Part shown: positions 38,401 to 53,289 of the stretch, in pieces
How the letters are laid out: every line of letters starts with the position of its first letter
Numbering within the stretch: the first letter of the stretch is position 1
Assembly (NCBI GenBank): GCA_951406725.2
Contig: OX597816.1
Span: forward strand, 145,700,001 to 145,764,000
Origin: Octopus vulgaris
Lineage: Eukaryota
Reading direction: 5' to 3'
Length of the DNA: 64,000 nucleotides
The notes under the pieces: model-generated
Databases searched by the model: none
Told to the model about the DNA's origin: nothing
What the model saw: the letters and a program-made list of their open reading frames with translations, nothing else
Program-made: the position numbers and the translations under genes

Positions 38401-40096
38401 AGAGAAAAAGAGAAATAGACTTTTTAACAAAGGAGAAAAATATATAAAAGGAAATAGATTTTAATCTAAAAAAACGGGAAAAGAAGATGTAAAAAAAACA
38501 AAAGAAAACTTTCATAACTTGTATACATTAACAGTAAAATGGTACTGCTTGAGAAGTGGGTTCAATACAGCAATTCCATTATTATTATTTCATTATACAT
38601 ATTCTCATGTTCTGGCTGTCCTTGTGTTGTGCCGTCTATGTTGAGGCCTGGGTGCTAAAGAAAGAAATTCAGAAGCAAAACAGCTGCAATATAATCTACA
38701 TCTTTCTATTTGAAATTTTTGAAAATCAGTGTAAATTGTGAAACCGGTTGAAGCTGTAAATATATTAATAAAAAAATATTTTAACTATTCTCAGTGCATT
38801 TTTAACTTCTATTTTTCAGATATATATTGAATATTACCTTAGCAACTTCCTTTTTACATCTTCCTAGATAAATGTCATCTTTGATGTTCTAATGCTTTCA
38901 ATTGAAATGGCACGATCCGGGTTTTCACGTGCGAGTGCATGCGTCTGTGTATGCATGTAAACGCGTGCGCGTGTGTACGCGTGTTTTTATATATATGCGA
39001 ACAGGTGTATGTGTGTGTGTCCGTGTGTGTGAGTTTGTGAGTGCATGCCACGCGTGCGCATCTGCGTGTTTTAATACTAACTTCTTTAACGTTACATTAA
39101 GTAATGTTATATTGTTTTATCCTGAACACAAATCATCTGATGAAGAAAACTTGATATGGTACTTTGGTCAATGATGAGCGATGCTTTTCAAATCAGTATA
39201 TAACCGTCTAAATTGTGTCATAACAATTTGAAATGTCTTGTTAGAAGTACATGTTACTTTGAATTACGCATCAGATATTAAAGAATTCTTGTTCGGAATA
39301 GAATCAGATTGGCCTGTAGTCGAAATACCGTATTTATGGTAAATATAATGTTTGTAAACCTCGAGTATATTTGTATTAAGACAATACGTTCTTTGTTCAG
39401 CACACTCATCTCATTGGAGTAATACATTCTGGACACCAGTGTCTCAACATGTTGCTTCTCGTCAGACAAATATAGCTGGAACTTTGAAATTAGCTAAATT
39501 CACTGGCTTTATTTTTACTTTCAGGAAACAGACTGCCTGATGATTATTGTTTGCATCTGCCAACCGATAGCAAAGGAATAATATATATCATATATTCTTG
39601 GTTGATTTACTATTCTCACGTCTTGAGGTTCTGGTATATAACTCAATACGGGGAGGATTAGTATTATCTTAGCACGCTTGTTCTCAAGGCATGTAAATCA
39701 TAAATTGAAATTTCAGAAATTCAACGCCCGTAGAATGAGCCCATCCATTTCATTTCATAAACCTCAAAACGAACGTGAGTAATGCAATCTCTACTACTTT
39801 TCTATCAGATTTAAGTATTGTATATCAGAAAATAAATTTTCTCGGTAACATCTGATGTTAAAATTTTAGATGATACATTGCTGCACTGATCTTTAAACAT
39901 ACCTCCAAATTTCCACGTAGTCTCTGTTGAAAAGCAATGACTCAGAAAAGCAGTGGCCTCGCTGAGTTTACTATAATGGACACTCGAGTAAATCCCTCGG
40001 TAACGATACAAATTTTGAATAATATGGTAACGAAGCGAACATTTAAAAATACATCCATTCTTGTTTCCATTACATAGATAAATAGAAGGTTTACAC

Positions 40097-40367
40097 TTGT
40101 GATCCCCCAAATTTTCGGGCTACCACGCCTTTGACATCTAGGCCACATTCCTAGTGACCCCACTCTAACTAACCATCACAAAGGTAGACTTTTCTGAAGC
40201 AAATTAAAAGCATTTGTATTTCACAAATAAAACTTAACCTACTGAGCCTATTACTTTGTTGTTTTTACATGAACCGCTACCCCATTATCACCCCACATTT
40301 CTTCAACACGCCTTGGAACTTTTCACCGCCCCAGGGGGGAAAATATCGTCCACTTTGGGAACCACCG
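40097..40367. mobile_element. hAT (Charlie-like) MITE with 8-bp TSD
   Basis: gtttacac duplicated at 40089-40096 and 40368-40375; right end tttgggaaccaccg, degenerate left end ttgtgatcccccaaa. Confidence 0.7.
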
Positions 40368-40671
40368 GTTTACACGAACTGGTTATTACAATTAAATATC
40401 TACACCCTAGGAATGATTTAATCTATTGTCAAATTTCGAGTACGGTTGTCCCTTCTGTAAACGATCTTTATCTCTGCGCGTATCTATTTAAAACAAAGAA
40501 CCCAACATGTGCGATTTTAAAAGATTTTACATGAATTCAATGTAGGAGCGTTTACATAATGTTCATTGACATTACACTTTGTTCAGGTAATCCTAGGAGT
40601 CGGAAATCCTCAAATTCAAGCAATTCAAATTTAATTACAAATTATAAATAGAAGTACAACACAATAAAATG

Positions 40672-40675
<4 letters not shown>

Positions 40676-40750
<75 letters not shown>
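40676..40750. repeat. (TAA)n microsatellite
   Basis: Perfect taa run. Confidence 0.97.
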
Positions 40751-40751
<1 letters not shown>

Positions 40752-41785
40752 TATGTCTGAAATCATGACTTATAAAAATTTTAAGGTTTGAAAACAATTA
40801 ATTGGTTACCGAATATTACTTTGTAACACCAGTTCAATAACAAAATGAACACAGATGTGCATTGAAGTCATTATCGCCAATATAATGAGAGAATTTCGTG
40901 GAAGCAAATATTTGTAAGGCCACAGTACAGAATAAAAATCAAAAATGGCTTCTGTGCTCAATAACAGCAGACTTTTTTTCCTTTTTCTATTGGTGATTTC
41001 CTGGAATTAACATGTTTAATATTGAAAAAAAAAAAATTAAATATCCAATTGAATGCGGATATCACTTGAGTTAAAACGTTTTATTGATTGCTCTTAGCTT
41101 TCGTTTTAAATGTTTTATTTGATATCTCGGGAAAAGGAAGGACAATCTTTCGATTCCGGACGCATTGTTCACGTGAAACTTTAATTAGCAGCGATATTAC
41201 GTGGTTTAATTTAGAATGAAGTAGTACAATAAAACATTGCTGCGTTATGATTCGCATGTAATGCGTATAAAGGGAATGCCATCAGAGGTGAAATTTACGT
41301 CATTTCGTTTAACATGATAATAAGGGAGGCTTTTCAATTTCATTTGCCTTACTAGGTTGATGTTATTATTATCGATTTCTAACATGTGATAACGTTATGA
41401 ATTCTGAACAGTTTTATAAATATTGTTAACACCATTATAGAATTGAAATGCAGGGCATAAGCTTAAAGGATATTGCAGCCATGTTGTCTGGGAGAGTTAA
41501 GCTGCAATATTTTCCCTTGGACGGAAGTGTGAAAGACCTCAGATCGAATTATCGCCCGAAACGTAACGATAAATATAGGGATGCTTGATATTATTTCGAA
41601 ATTTCAGAAGTACATTTTACATAGACAGAATGAAGGAGAGAGAAAGGAGAGAGAGAGAGAGAGAGAGAGAGAGACAAAAACAGAGACAGAGATTGATATA
41701 TTAAATATATAGACAGATAGATAGATTCCCTCACACACACGTGCACACACACACATACATGCATACATATATATATATATATATA

Positions 41786-42075
41786 TGTGCAGATGTGAAC
41801 TGCAAAACGCAAAACTTCATATACTGCATGATCTGCCTAAACTGCAAAAAAAATTACATTGGCGAAACAAATAATTCCCTCTGCCAACGTGCAAGAATCC
41901 ACAGGCAACATATCCGACAAGAGGAATTACGCAAGATTCCATTAAGCAAACTTCTGGAAATATGCAACGACGGAAAATTCAAAATTTTTCTCTTTTATAA
42001 ATGTGCACGGGACGATCCGCAATACCGAAAGGCAATGGAACTACATTTCATCAAAACTTCTCTCCAAAATTGAAT
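41786..42075 (+). mobile_element. Penelope-like element GIY-YIG endonuclease fragment
   Basis: NCKTQNFIYCMICLNCKKNYIGETNNSLCQRARIHRQHI...MELHFIK; begins immediately after (TA)n. Confidence 0.9.
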
Positions 42076-45000
42076 GTTTGAAAGAAAAGCGGAGACAGTA
42101 CATTTTATATTCTACACATAACTCATATGTCGGAAACATAAAACTCATCTCTGTAAATAATCTGATGTATATGTGTGGCATTGAGATGTTCTGAGCTTTG
42201 CATGTTTCTCTAGTTTGTAAGTGTTATACTAATGTTCTCTAAAGCAAAAAGATGGAATTGAAAGAGGCGTGATCGAAGTTACACAGTATAAACATGGACA
42301 TGTTCACAAACACACACACACGCACATACATGCACACACACACACTTCATCAAGTAATAAAACAATTAGTAAAAATGAATGAAGCTTGGGACATAGAAAA
42401 CCAAATAATAAGAGCAAACCATCTATGTGTTATAGTAATTGGCTACTAATTGCATTTCTGATTTTCAACAAATGGAGAGGAATCTGATTTGCGACGAAGT
42501 CGTAGAAGCGAAACGAAATTTTGAGCTTTTTACGATAAAAGTTTACATCTGATACCTAATACCAAGCAAAACATAAATAAAACTAAAATTTAAGAAGAAT
42601 TGTATTGTGTAAAAATTATATTAATTCTCAATCTGGTTTCTATAACATGTTAATGGTATGTGAATTCCGTTACGTCACTGAGTTACGTCAGAGAACATCG
42701 GTGCAAATGAATATATTTTCTCTACAGATCTCCGAAAGAAATACATGGAAAATGTTTTATTAGTTATCGATATCTACAGAAAGATATAAATCCAGACCCG
42801 TCTACGAAGGAAATAGACTCTACTACCTTTCAATTAATCTATGGAAATCGTGTTATTCTGTCGCAATACATCCCCATACAATTCAAATTAGAATCGATCC
42901 GTCTGCTTCCATCACTTTTCCTTAATTAATTAGTAATTTCATTATCCATTCTGGAGAATGCACTTAATGTTTTAAGTATTACAATAGTAGACTGATGAGA
43001 GATATTTTATCGTTCTTGCATTAGCCTAAAACCAGAAATGAAATTCCTTGAGGGGATGACTATATTCGATTCAATGAAATGTGCATCACTGATAATTATA
43101 CTAAATAACAAAGCTAATACGAATCTAAGCAGGAGATACAAAAAGCTAAATGCTGCTAATCAGTTGGACTAGCGATTTCATGATTTTAATGCCGTTTCCT
43201 GTATATTGTCTTCACTACATGTAAAAGAACCGTTGTTTTCTCTTTCTTAACTGAACGCCCACCGAAAACATTGGTAAAGAAAATATAAAGTGAAATAAAT
43301 GAGTCTACCAAACACAGAACACGCGCGCGCGCGTGCACACACACACACACACACAACACGCATGTATAAACACAAAATGACACACATGCACACATACACA
43401 GCTTTTTGAATTCGAATTATTTTGCAGCACAAATTTTACACCACTGCAAGTCTCCGGTAAAAAATATATTAGATCTCAGATCTGATTATGTATACTTGTT
43501 ACAGCGTCTGTGATCTAATTATCTCGTTTGTTCTTTGGTTTTCATTGGACTCTTTGTTACCTGTTGCTTCTTTGGTTTTGTTTTGATGAGGCTGCATGCT
43601 GTTATTTTGCTTATTCATTATTGATTTAATTGCTAAACTAGATAAAGCAGTCCTTTTAATGAACTTAGTTTCGTTCGGGTTTAAAAGAAGTTTGAGGCAA
43701 TATAGATTATTTAACGATATTTTGTTTCTAAATAGTAGTGTTTTGTGAAGAAAACACATAACGTTAAAGAATGTGAGTAGGTTCATCTGAGCAACTATAT
43801 AAAGAAATAATGCTATAAGTGATGTTTCGTGTTCGTACGAATTGTCTGAGGGATTTTTGTGAAGTTCAGAGAAAGCATTGGTTTACGTATCATTGAGAGT
43901 ATTTTGTTTCATTTATAATATACGAGTACTTGGGTATGTGAACATCTGGTTTTTTATATGCCGATTAATTCATGTGTTTCTATGTCGTAGTTGATTCGTT
44001 ATAGCTGAAATATTTGGAATTTTTATTTGGTCAATGTAAGTGAAGCAGATTATATTTTGGCCAATAGACCAAAGCCAACCATGCATCTTCCAAGCAACGC
44101 TTATAATTTTTAGAATTATTATTATCTGAATGTGTATACGCGTGTGAAGATCTGTTTTTCTGTACGCATTTTGAGGTATGTGTGTCATCTTTGATCGGTT
44201 TTAGCTGAAGTATACGATATTATAAATTGTAGTATGCATATGTTATGTGTACCGGTGTCTTTGTAACTGTGCTTGTATGTGTGTATTTGTGTGGAGGGGA
44301 ATGGATTTCAACTTCTTTAGAGTTTGCTCAACTTTTGAAAGTTGATTAGTTTTGGATTCTTCTGTATTAAGTATTAGCATTGTGAATAATTCCATGCTGC
44401 TTGCCTGGAGTATATAAACTATATTATAGAAACATATGTGTTTTGGTGTGCACTCAACCGTTTTCCTTGTGATACAAATCTCTCCACCCTGAAGACGTTG
44501 GCCGGATATACCTTATTGCTTATATGCATCCACGACTGCTTATATAGCCTTGATATTTTGCAAACTCCATCTGCCAACATTTTTACGTTATTCAGAGCCC
44601 CCTGAAACAACTGTCAGACCTGTAATACTATACTATCTCCTCTTAGATTTCTATGTATTTGTATTCCTCGTAAATCTCCAATGTTAATATATAAATAACT
44701 ATATATTTATACATAAATGTTCATCGTTTGAATGTTTTCAGTCTTCCCCCCTCTCTCTCTTTCTCTCTCTCTCTCTATTTACACGGATATATATGTATGT
44801 ATATTTTATAGATCTAGCACAAACAGTTGTATTTGTTTATTTGCATCATTATCTCTCCCTCACTCTACATATGCACACACACAAGCACGCGCGCACGCAC
44901 ACACATACATATACGTGTGGCTGTGTTTGTGCATGTGAGTGCACGTTCTGTGTGGGTGTGCAAAGATGTTTTTGCCCGAAAAACCAATGTTATGGCTTTG

Positions 45001-48000
45001 CCAGTACTGACATTCAAGATCATCTATTAAATTATTTTTCCTGTCATTCATTTCAAATCTGTTAAATTGCTATGCAACAAAATTGGCTATAACTTTTCTT
45101 TAATTGAATTAAACTGTTTTAGTCTAACTTTCTCCGAAATGATAGTGATGTTTGTTTTACCGAACCTAAACAGGCTTAGATACATTGGTGAAATGTGACT
45201 GTAATGTGTTCAACGTGGAATCGATTCCTTAATAAATATTTCTTTCCTCTTTGACAATACTCAATAGATTTTGGAAAATGATTAGCTCAACCATTGTCTC
45301 TTGTGATGCTCAGACGTATAATAAGCATCGTCTTGGTTTCACAGTATTGTCATTTCAAAAGAATGGAATTATTTTAAACTTGCCAGTCTGGTTTATGGGA
45401 TTCATTAGTAAGAGAATGAATATTGGCGTCGACATGTATCTTGTTATACTTACCAAAATGAAGACAAAATGTCTTGCCAAACTCATTAGTATGGAGAGAT
45501 ATATTCGCAAGTTCTTATATTCTGTATAATACATTAGGAACTACTTGACATTTTCATTTGAGGATTACGTGCTGGTAAACGTTTGAGAAGTCAGAGCTCT
45601 GTATATATTACGTTACACCACTGACTATAACCATGAGATTGCCCACCCATTACGTAAATATACTTTACTGGATACGAACATCACAGGACTGTAACAACCC
45701 GATACATTTTTGATAACGACTGAGTCATTTATGCTATTTTCTACAATATTGACTATTTAGATAGTAACACTAATTCGATCATCATTTATAGTGAATACAG
45801 TTGTACTTTTGTCTCTGAAAATAAAAGTAACGTGAGAATCTCAACTTGACCCTTTGATCTTTTCGAAATAGCACCTAATTGATCATTAAATTACAGCTTA
45901 CCGTTTAAGCAAAAAATAGGTAACTACAAGGGCAACTTTTCTTTCCTCAGTTTAATGAAGACGGCTGACCCTATAATACTGATTCACAAGTGATTGATTT
46001 TTTGTTTGTTTGCCTTTCTTATAATTAATAGAATGAAATCTCCGTTCCTGAAATTGCAAGATATATTATTTCTCCAAATTCTCCTACGGTTTCAAGTCAC
46101 CTCCCCATCATCTTCCTTGCACTAAACGTCCAAAACTTTGTAAAAAAAAATCACCTGATCTTATATTTGAAGAGCTCACTTATACAATTGTTTTCGGCTA
46201 ATTTGGAAAGTGAACAAATAAACAAATGGCTTGTGACTACTTATTCTGCAAAGGCCTATATACATGCGTATTATATATTTCTTCCTATATCATTAATAAA
46301 TATGTATTTAGATACCCAACACCAAAAAGACATATATGGATATGTAATTTTAAACAATTACTATGGAGTTTTTAATGTTTGGAATAAAAACTTAAACAAT
46401 TCTGATTTCTGTTTGTGCAAAACGAAAATAAATGGAATATTTACAAGGATTAATTAGAGCTTGGAGACAGTGAATCATTGTTGGCAATGTCCGAAATTTA
46501 AATGAAAATTTAATATATCTTAACTAGTTATTTTGTCTATCATTCAACTAATTCTGTCACTAATCACCTTCGGGCTTTATAAATGATCAAATAACAGTTG
46601 TTAGCAAAGTTTTAATGTACTTCTAAATTAATAGATGTTAACATTGCGTAACGCTTTATCAGATGTTGCAAAATAAGTGCTTAGTTTTCTTTAAGTTAAA
46701 CATTTCGCTATGATATAAATTCATGAGGCAGGTGCATGTAGTAGACATGGTATACAAGATACAAAGTTTTCTTGAATAAAATAACAAAGAAATAACTGAA
46801 TTTGTCATTACATGCAGCCATATAACTGAGTTGTATAATATATCCGCTTTTCGAGACAATTAGTTAGATGCATAAACTGGTAACCAATTTCAAGTTAGGT
46901 TAATTGGTCATATAGTGGTCTTCACACAATTAGCGTTAACTTATATTCCGGCATCCATACCAATTAATCGTCTGTACGTTCAGATTTACCTCTAATATAT
47001 ATTCCTAGATAAATTATTGCAAACCATTTACGAGTAAATATGTTCAACGAAATTTGAACTGTAGCAACACTGTGATGAAATTTAATACTCTCAACAGATA
47101 CATAGCACACTTTGTGTAAAATAATTATTTTAATTTTCTGATAATACCATGGCTGCAGCACACTTTATTTCTTTATTTTCTGGTCTATAAGAATAGTGAG
47201 TATCCAGATTTGCGAAGCAAACAAAGTCGGCTAGTTTGCTATCAATCATGTCCTATGTAAAATGGTGAGATTCCATATTCATAGGAAAGATATGAGCAGT
47301 TACAAGATTTCATTGGAGTGATGTTCTAAGGAGGTATGACTGTGTATTACTGCAGAGCCTACGGTTTCTTCACAAAAATGTTAACAAGAAAAGATGAGAT
47401 GTGTAGATCGAGCCTGCTTCAGTAAATGAGGGACAATAAATGCCGAATCTAGGTAATACATGCCAACACAATAACAGTAAAAAGAGAGCATGGGGGTGAG
47501 TTAGTGACATTTCACTTATGGGAGCTGATTTATGTCACTTAGCCAAGTGACCTTTCGCTGAATGCGGCTCAGTATATTTCCATCTGTATAGTTGTAACAA
47601 GTCCCAACGCTGAATATATGACTCCTTTCACTTGCGTGTTATGGATTGCACACAATTGTAGGGGAGTGGAATATTTTCTGGCACTGAAATGAAAGGTAAG
47701 ACATTTCAATTCCATGCTCGGTGTTATGGATATATTTTCGTATGAAACATTTTCGGTGATTGTGATGCCTTACGCAGAGATCAATCTCTAGTTGAGACTT
47801 CTCGTGTCTTGTTTATGTGAGCATATATGTGTGTATGAATGTGCCTGTGTGTGTGTGGTGCGAGTAGAATTATGTTTATTGAGATGATTAGTGGTCGATG
47901 TTTTCATTTTTGTTTTCTTCTAGTGAGAGACGAAAGAAGCATGGCATTTATGGAGGAAGTTTCCATGGTCTCCGCTCGTGTAAACTGTTCCAGCTCGGTG

Positions 48001-48239
48001 TGAGTGTGAGGAAAATTAGGAAAGAATAAATGATCATATCATCTAAGTAAGTCTGGATATTTTTAGAAGTGACTCAAATAAGCTACCTATAAAGAGCAAG
48101 AAGATTTTGTTGTATGTAGGGAGAATCATTATGCCAATATTATCACACGCACTGATTCAATTTCACACCTTTATTATTAGTCGATTAATTAAATATCCAT
48201 CTATCTAATCGATTGTTCTTTTAAAGAATCTTGCGGACC

Positions 48240-49150
48240 AGATACAAACACGAAGCAGGAAGATTGATGCGGACAAACCTAAACTCGGGTGTTGACAGAG
48301 ATTAGAGTGCTAAGACTTCTGACAGGTTTCACCACAATCCTGCTGATAGAAAGCTACCCATCCCATACATCATTCATAAATGGAGTAGGTAGGTGGGACG
48401 TTCTGGCTGGCGACATACATAGCACATATAGTTGATAGCTTCAGTGATGTCTAAGGTGATATTACTGCTTTCACCGAATTTTATCGACGATTGACACTGC
48501 TAGAGGATAGCATAGGAAAGTAGACTGCCAGACCATTGGCTCGACAGAAACGGAAATAACGGCCATTGAAGAGAGAGATGAGAAAGGAGAAAATTTAAGG
48601 CATTCAAAACTATTATCGTTTGTCACTATCTCCATTAAATTCCGAGTGCTGAATGTTGCTCAGTTTGGTGATAGTTGACTGTGTCAGAGGATGCTTGTTT
48701 TTCCAGAAATGTATTAGAAATGTACTAGAGTTAGAACAACGTAGGGTTGAGTATAAGGCGGTGTATTGGAAAGGAGAAAGCCCAGGATGGTAGATTTGTA
48801 GATTTTAATCAGCTGGGACGCCATTTGAAACCAGCGTGTGTGTATCGAATTTGGAAGCCAGCTGTCACTGAAATATTAAAATTGGTAGTGATTTACCAAG
48901 TGGTTATGATATAGAACCAGATTTGTAAAAAGCAACCAGTGAAGTTGATGTTTTCTTAGTGCGTTCTGCTTGTGGGGCTATCGTGGTTGAAAAGTAGCAA
49001 AATGCGTTGAAGATTATTTGGGTCAAGATATTATAAATATCAGCTTCAGTTTTAAAGATCAGAAGTCGTGAAGGCTGTGCGATATACGAGGCAATCTTTT
49101 GTTGTTCGGATAATGGTTTGTTGCGTTCCTAGCTAACCGTTAGGTTTTGT
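48240..49150 (-). mobile_element. Ancient CR1/L2-group LINE RT remnant
   Basis: Minus strand, in correct order: NYHQ...LMEIVTND (NYRPIS..ME), RYFRFCR (QYGFR), KFGESSNITLDITEAIN (GE..AVALDISKAFD), SFLS, VNTRV. Heavily diverged. Confidence 0.55.
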
Positions 49151-52100
49151 GAAATACTCTAAGCATTTAGAGCTTCTCTGTTGCATGTAAAGCTGCCATG
49201 TAGCTACGAGCAAATCACTTCTAAAATTCAGAATTGTGTGGAATTGCAATGATGGCTAAAATTATAGTTTTTATCTCATTCCTAGCTGATTCTGATGGAT
49301 CGACAATGAAGTACATTTTAGAGTATGGATTACATACTTCTTTTGCCTTCTGCTCATGTAAATTACTTTAATGCACTAATTCAGAAAAACAGATTTTCAT
49401 GCATGAAAAGTGGTTGTAAAGAAGGAAAGTCACACGTTCAACAAATGTAATAGACGAAAAGAGGTCTAGATTAATGCAGATTATGTTACATTGCATACTC
49501 AGACAAACAATGCATTTCACTGATTCTAACCAGCAAGTTATTTTGGTTGTGACTTGCTGACGTGTTCGAGTAGTAAGGTAAATTAAATGTTGACGAATAT
49601 GTTTAAATTTGTATTGGTCTGTGACCGTTGAGTTGTGCTTATCATGGCCATTAAGCTGAAATAGTTCACCAGCTGTAAGCGCTACTATACTTGCCACTAC
49701 TATCGGTGATTATATTTCACTGTGGTTATTGCAACCTACTTATTTTCATCAGTTAAGAATGATTCTTTTCACGGATAAATCCATGAGGGATCTCACCTCA
49801 AGGTTCAGATTAATTTCTTTTATGCATGAGATAAATTATTAACTGAATCAAATAAAAATATTATCAATAAGTAATAGATTTAGGCAAACTAACATGCGAA
49901 ATCACTATTCGCCTAAAGTTCATGGCGTGAATGTCGATTTATAAGCAATGATTTCTTCTATTATATGTGAAAGCATTCATAACAGCATATTTCTTTGTTC
50001 ATACACAAGTTTTATTACTTACATGAAATAAATAACTCAACTATGAATTTTGTAGTAATAGTAAATAATTTTTTTTAAGCATTTAAATACTCGATTATAT
50101 GATATACTTTAGCTACGGAAATACGTATATTATTTTATGACCATTTATATAGTTGCTCTGTCTAATACCATTGCAGAGAGTAACTACCTCATAGTTTTAG
50201 AAGTAGAGAATAATCTTTCTCAGAGAAGCGTGCTGGGTGATAAATTGACCCAAAACTATTTTGATCTGGGGGAAACAAAAAGTGTAATAGTGCATTAAAC
50301 CAAAATACATCTGAAAATGTTTCATTGATATCTATTGTGATAAATAGTGTTATTGTTCAGTCATAGACCACGAAGAAGCGATATAAGAGTAACTTGGTGA
50401 AATAATAGCATCGCAGTTCTGTTTCAACTCATACATGCGTGTTAGGGACGAGAATAGGATGAGAATTCCATACCGATGTGGATTTGATCTAATGAGATTA
50501 TAAAACGCATTTTACAAGTTCTATAGAAACTGACACCTGAAGTTTGACAAAATAAGTGAGGTAGGTGTTTTGCATAAATGTAGGATGTGGATATACTGAG
50601 TTTCAAATCTAATAAAATATTTGATTATTGTTTGAAGAAAAACATTGCCAGTTCAATGAATCAGCGTATTATCATTTATGCTTCGCAAGACGATGAATTT
50701 ATAAAGAGAAATAATGTTGAGTGACATTCGTATCTTTGCGATTACATTTCTTTCTTGATTTGTTCGCTAGAGGCTTGCAGCATATTATATGGAAATATTA
50801 GTATATTCTTCAGTAAACATAGAAAAATTAATTTTATTGAGTAATTTGGAAGTTTTGCGTTAAGCCTTTCTTAAGGGCATTGCCGGTGTAAATGAAATTG
50901 AAATAACTTTCGCCCGAGGATATTTCAATTACAAGTCTCAGTTTACTTCATACATGCTAATAACACAATGGCACTTACCGCATATTACAGATAATTAGTG
51001 ATGTATTTCGTGCACGAATATATTTCGTAGAGATGTGGAATGAAATTGTACGACTCTGAGCTTTCATCAGGGAGGGAAATGAATTACTATCGATTTCCCT
51101 TGATTAGGATAATATTAATAGATAATAATTGTCAGCAATTGCATCAGCCTCAATATATTACTGGTCATTAATTAATGTAACCATAGGGTTGAAAATCAAG
51201 AACAACCCCGCTGCTATAGAGTGTGAAGAATGAAACGGCGGAAAATGTTTGATATTTAAATATACGATCTACTGTTTTACTAATGTATCTCTCACCCGAA
51301 TATTAATTAACATTACCATAAATATCACATGATACAAAGCAGGTAAACCCCTGTATGTTTCAAAACAGAAATTAAAGTTTTGCACTCATTTAATTTAATT
51401 AACTATACCGAATTTTTTATATTTTGTTATATATCGTTTACTGTGGTTTTGGCAATTTAGTTTTACAATAATAGAAATTCATCAGCTGCCTTGATCCACT
51501 TAGCTGATGTAAAGATTCTGTTCAATATTCACTGATGCAACTCTGTCAATTTTCCAGCTTGACATCATCCGTTTCTGTTCAATTTATTTGTAACAAATTA
51601 ACATTATGTCTTCTACATCATTCGTGAACTTACACGTTTTAAATAAGAAGTAAATAACATCACATAAATAAGAAAACATGAACAACACACGACGGAACAC
51701 GAACACCAACAAACAAATATATTCACAAAAATATATACACAATGTGACGATTACACAGGAAACACTTTTAGAAAGAAAGCTAACATTATTAATAATGAAA
51801 TATTTACGTAAGTCTTCCAGCGTAACTAAATTAATTCAACTGCTTTTACAATACTGTCCAGTAACATTTTAAAGAACTACATTAGTGAAGTAATATATTC
51901 AACGATGCAAAACCAATTGTGACTTTATTCACTTCTTTATTCAGTAGATCTTTATAAATAAGGTATATAAATAACGCCAACGAAGCAGTTCTTTTATATT
52001 TTAGTTATTTACTCCTGAATTGTTATATTACTAGGCGAAATACTTTTACATTATTTATTTATTTTTTCATTAAGAAAAATGTAAACCAGTCACAAACCCT

Positions 52101-53289
52101 TCTATTTGTTTTGTAGTTATTGAGTTCAGGCTGAAACTTGTTATCTCCTGATATTCAAAGTTTATTGGTAAATAGAAACTGTCAGCATATTTGAACATTG
52201 AAGAGTGAGAATTATCAACTGCCGAAATTCAGAGAAACGGGTTTATTTTCCAACTTACAATATAAAACAAATGGGGAAAAATAAGACACATAATGACAGT
52301 AATTTTATTATAAACATGCTCAGCTTACCATAACACCCAGTGGCCTTTAAAACCATTGTAAATTCATTTACGTTGAAATCATATTAGTGTAAATGTGATA
52401 GAATTAACAATGACGAAAAAACATTTTGCAATTCCCCCCAGAAGCGGCTTGAAATATGTGAGAGCACGGCGACAACTCTGCTGTCTATTCAGACATATTT
52501 CCTTTATACAAGATTCACATACCGCGTATTAAGGATAGTTAAAACAACACGATTTATTAAGGAAGATCTCTGCGTGTTCGATTGATCATTGAGAATGACA
52601 TGGGAATATTTATCAAATAACATCAAACATTATTTTACGAAAAACATATTCAATGATATGAAATAAATATAATCTGGATATATTAGATATTGAAAAATTA
52701 CAGGATGGTAAAAAATAGAGTGCCTTTAACTAAATCTGTCATAGACCATGCTTGATTTGTATTAAACAATACCTTCAACAAGATACGTCCATGTATGTAT
52801 ATATATACACCGGCATATACAATTTACTGTTCCATTATAGGCAAGATCAACAACACGAACTATTTCATCCAGTGAGAAATAATTATCATTTAATTTACGC
52901 AGTATTTTAATATAAGCTACTTGTCGTTTCATGCCGTGGCAAGAAAATAATTCAGCAGATTTATATATCGTGCCTTGTGTCTCGAAACTATACCTGAGCC
53001 TCAATAATCACGCACCATATTATAATCAAACACTCGCTTCTATAACACTAGGCTCAAACAATACATATCTCAAATCACATCTCAAATACGCAACAACCAT
53101 CATAATCGCAACCAACCACACACAGTTGATGAAACCATGGAAAGCATTGCGCCTAGGCAATTTAGACCCCACACACATTCATTTAACACTCGGTCAAAAA
53201 TGAAAACAAATAAATCAACTAACAATAACTGGCCTCGCTTACCGCACACCTTACCCAGAATGATAGATATGGCTCATTTATCTAACAAC

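Noticed and set aside
43500-44660. Possible LINE RT relic on minus strand (NNVKMLADG resembling the FADD region)
   Set aside because: Single weak motif with no collinear support.
48240-49150. Gypsy LTR-retrotransposon RT
   Set aside because: Initial resemblance (FECLKF.PF) is outweighed by ordered CR1/L2-type motifs; no LTRs seen.
49531-49559. miRNA hairpin or terminator (cagcaagtta...tgacttgctg)
   Set aside because: Stem of ~10 bp is too short for a pre-miRNA; intrinsic terminators do not apply here.
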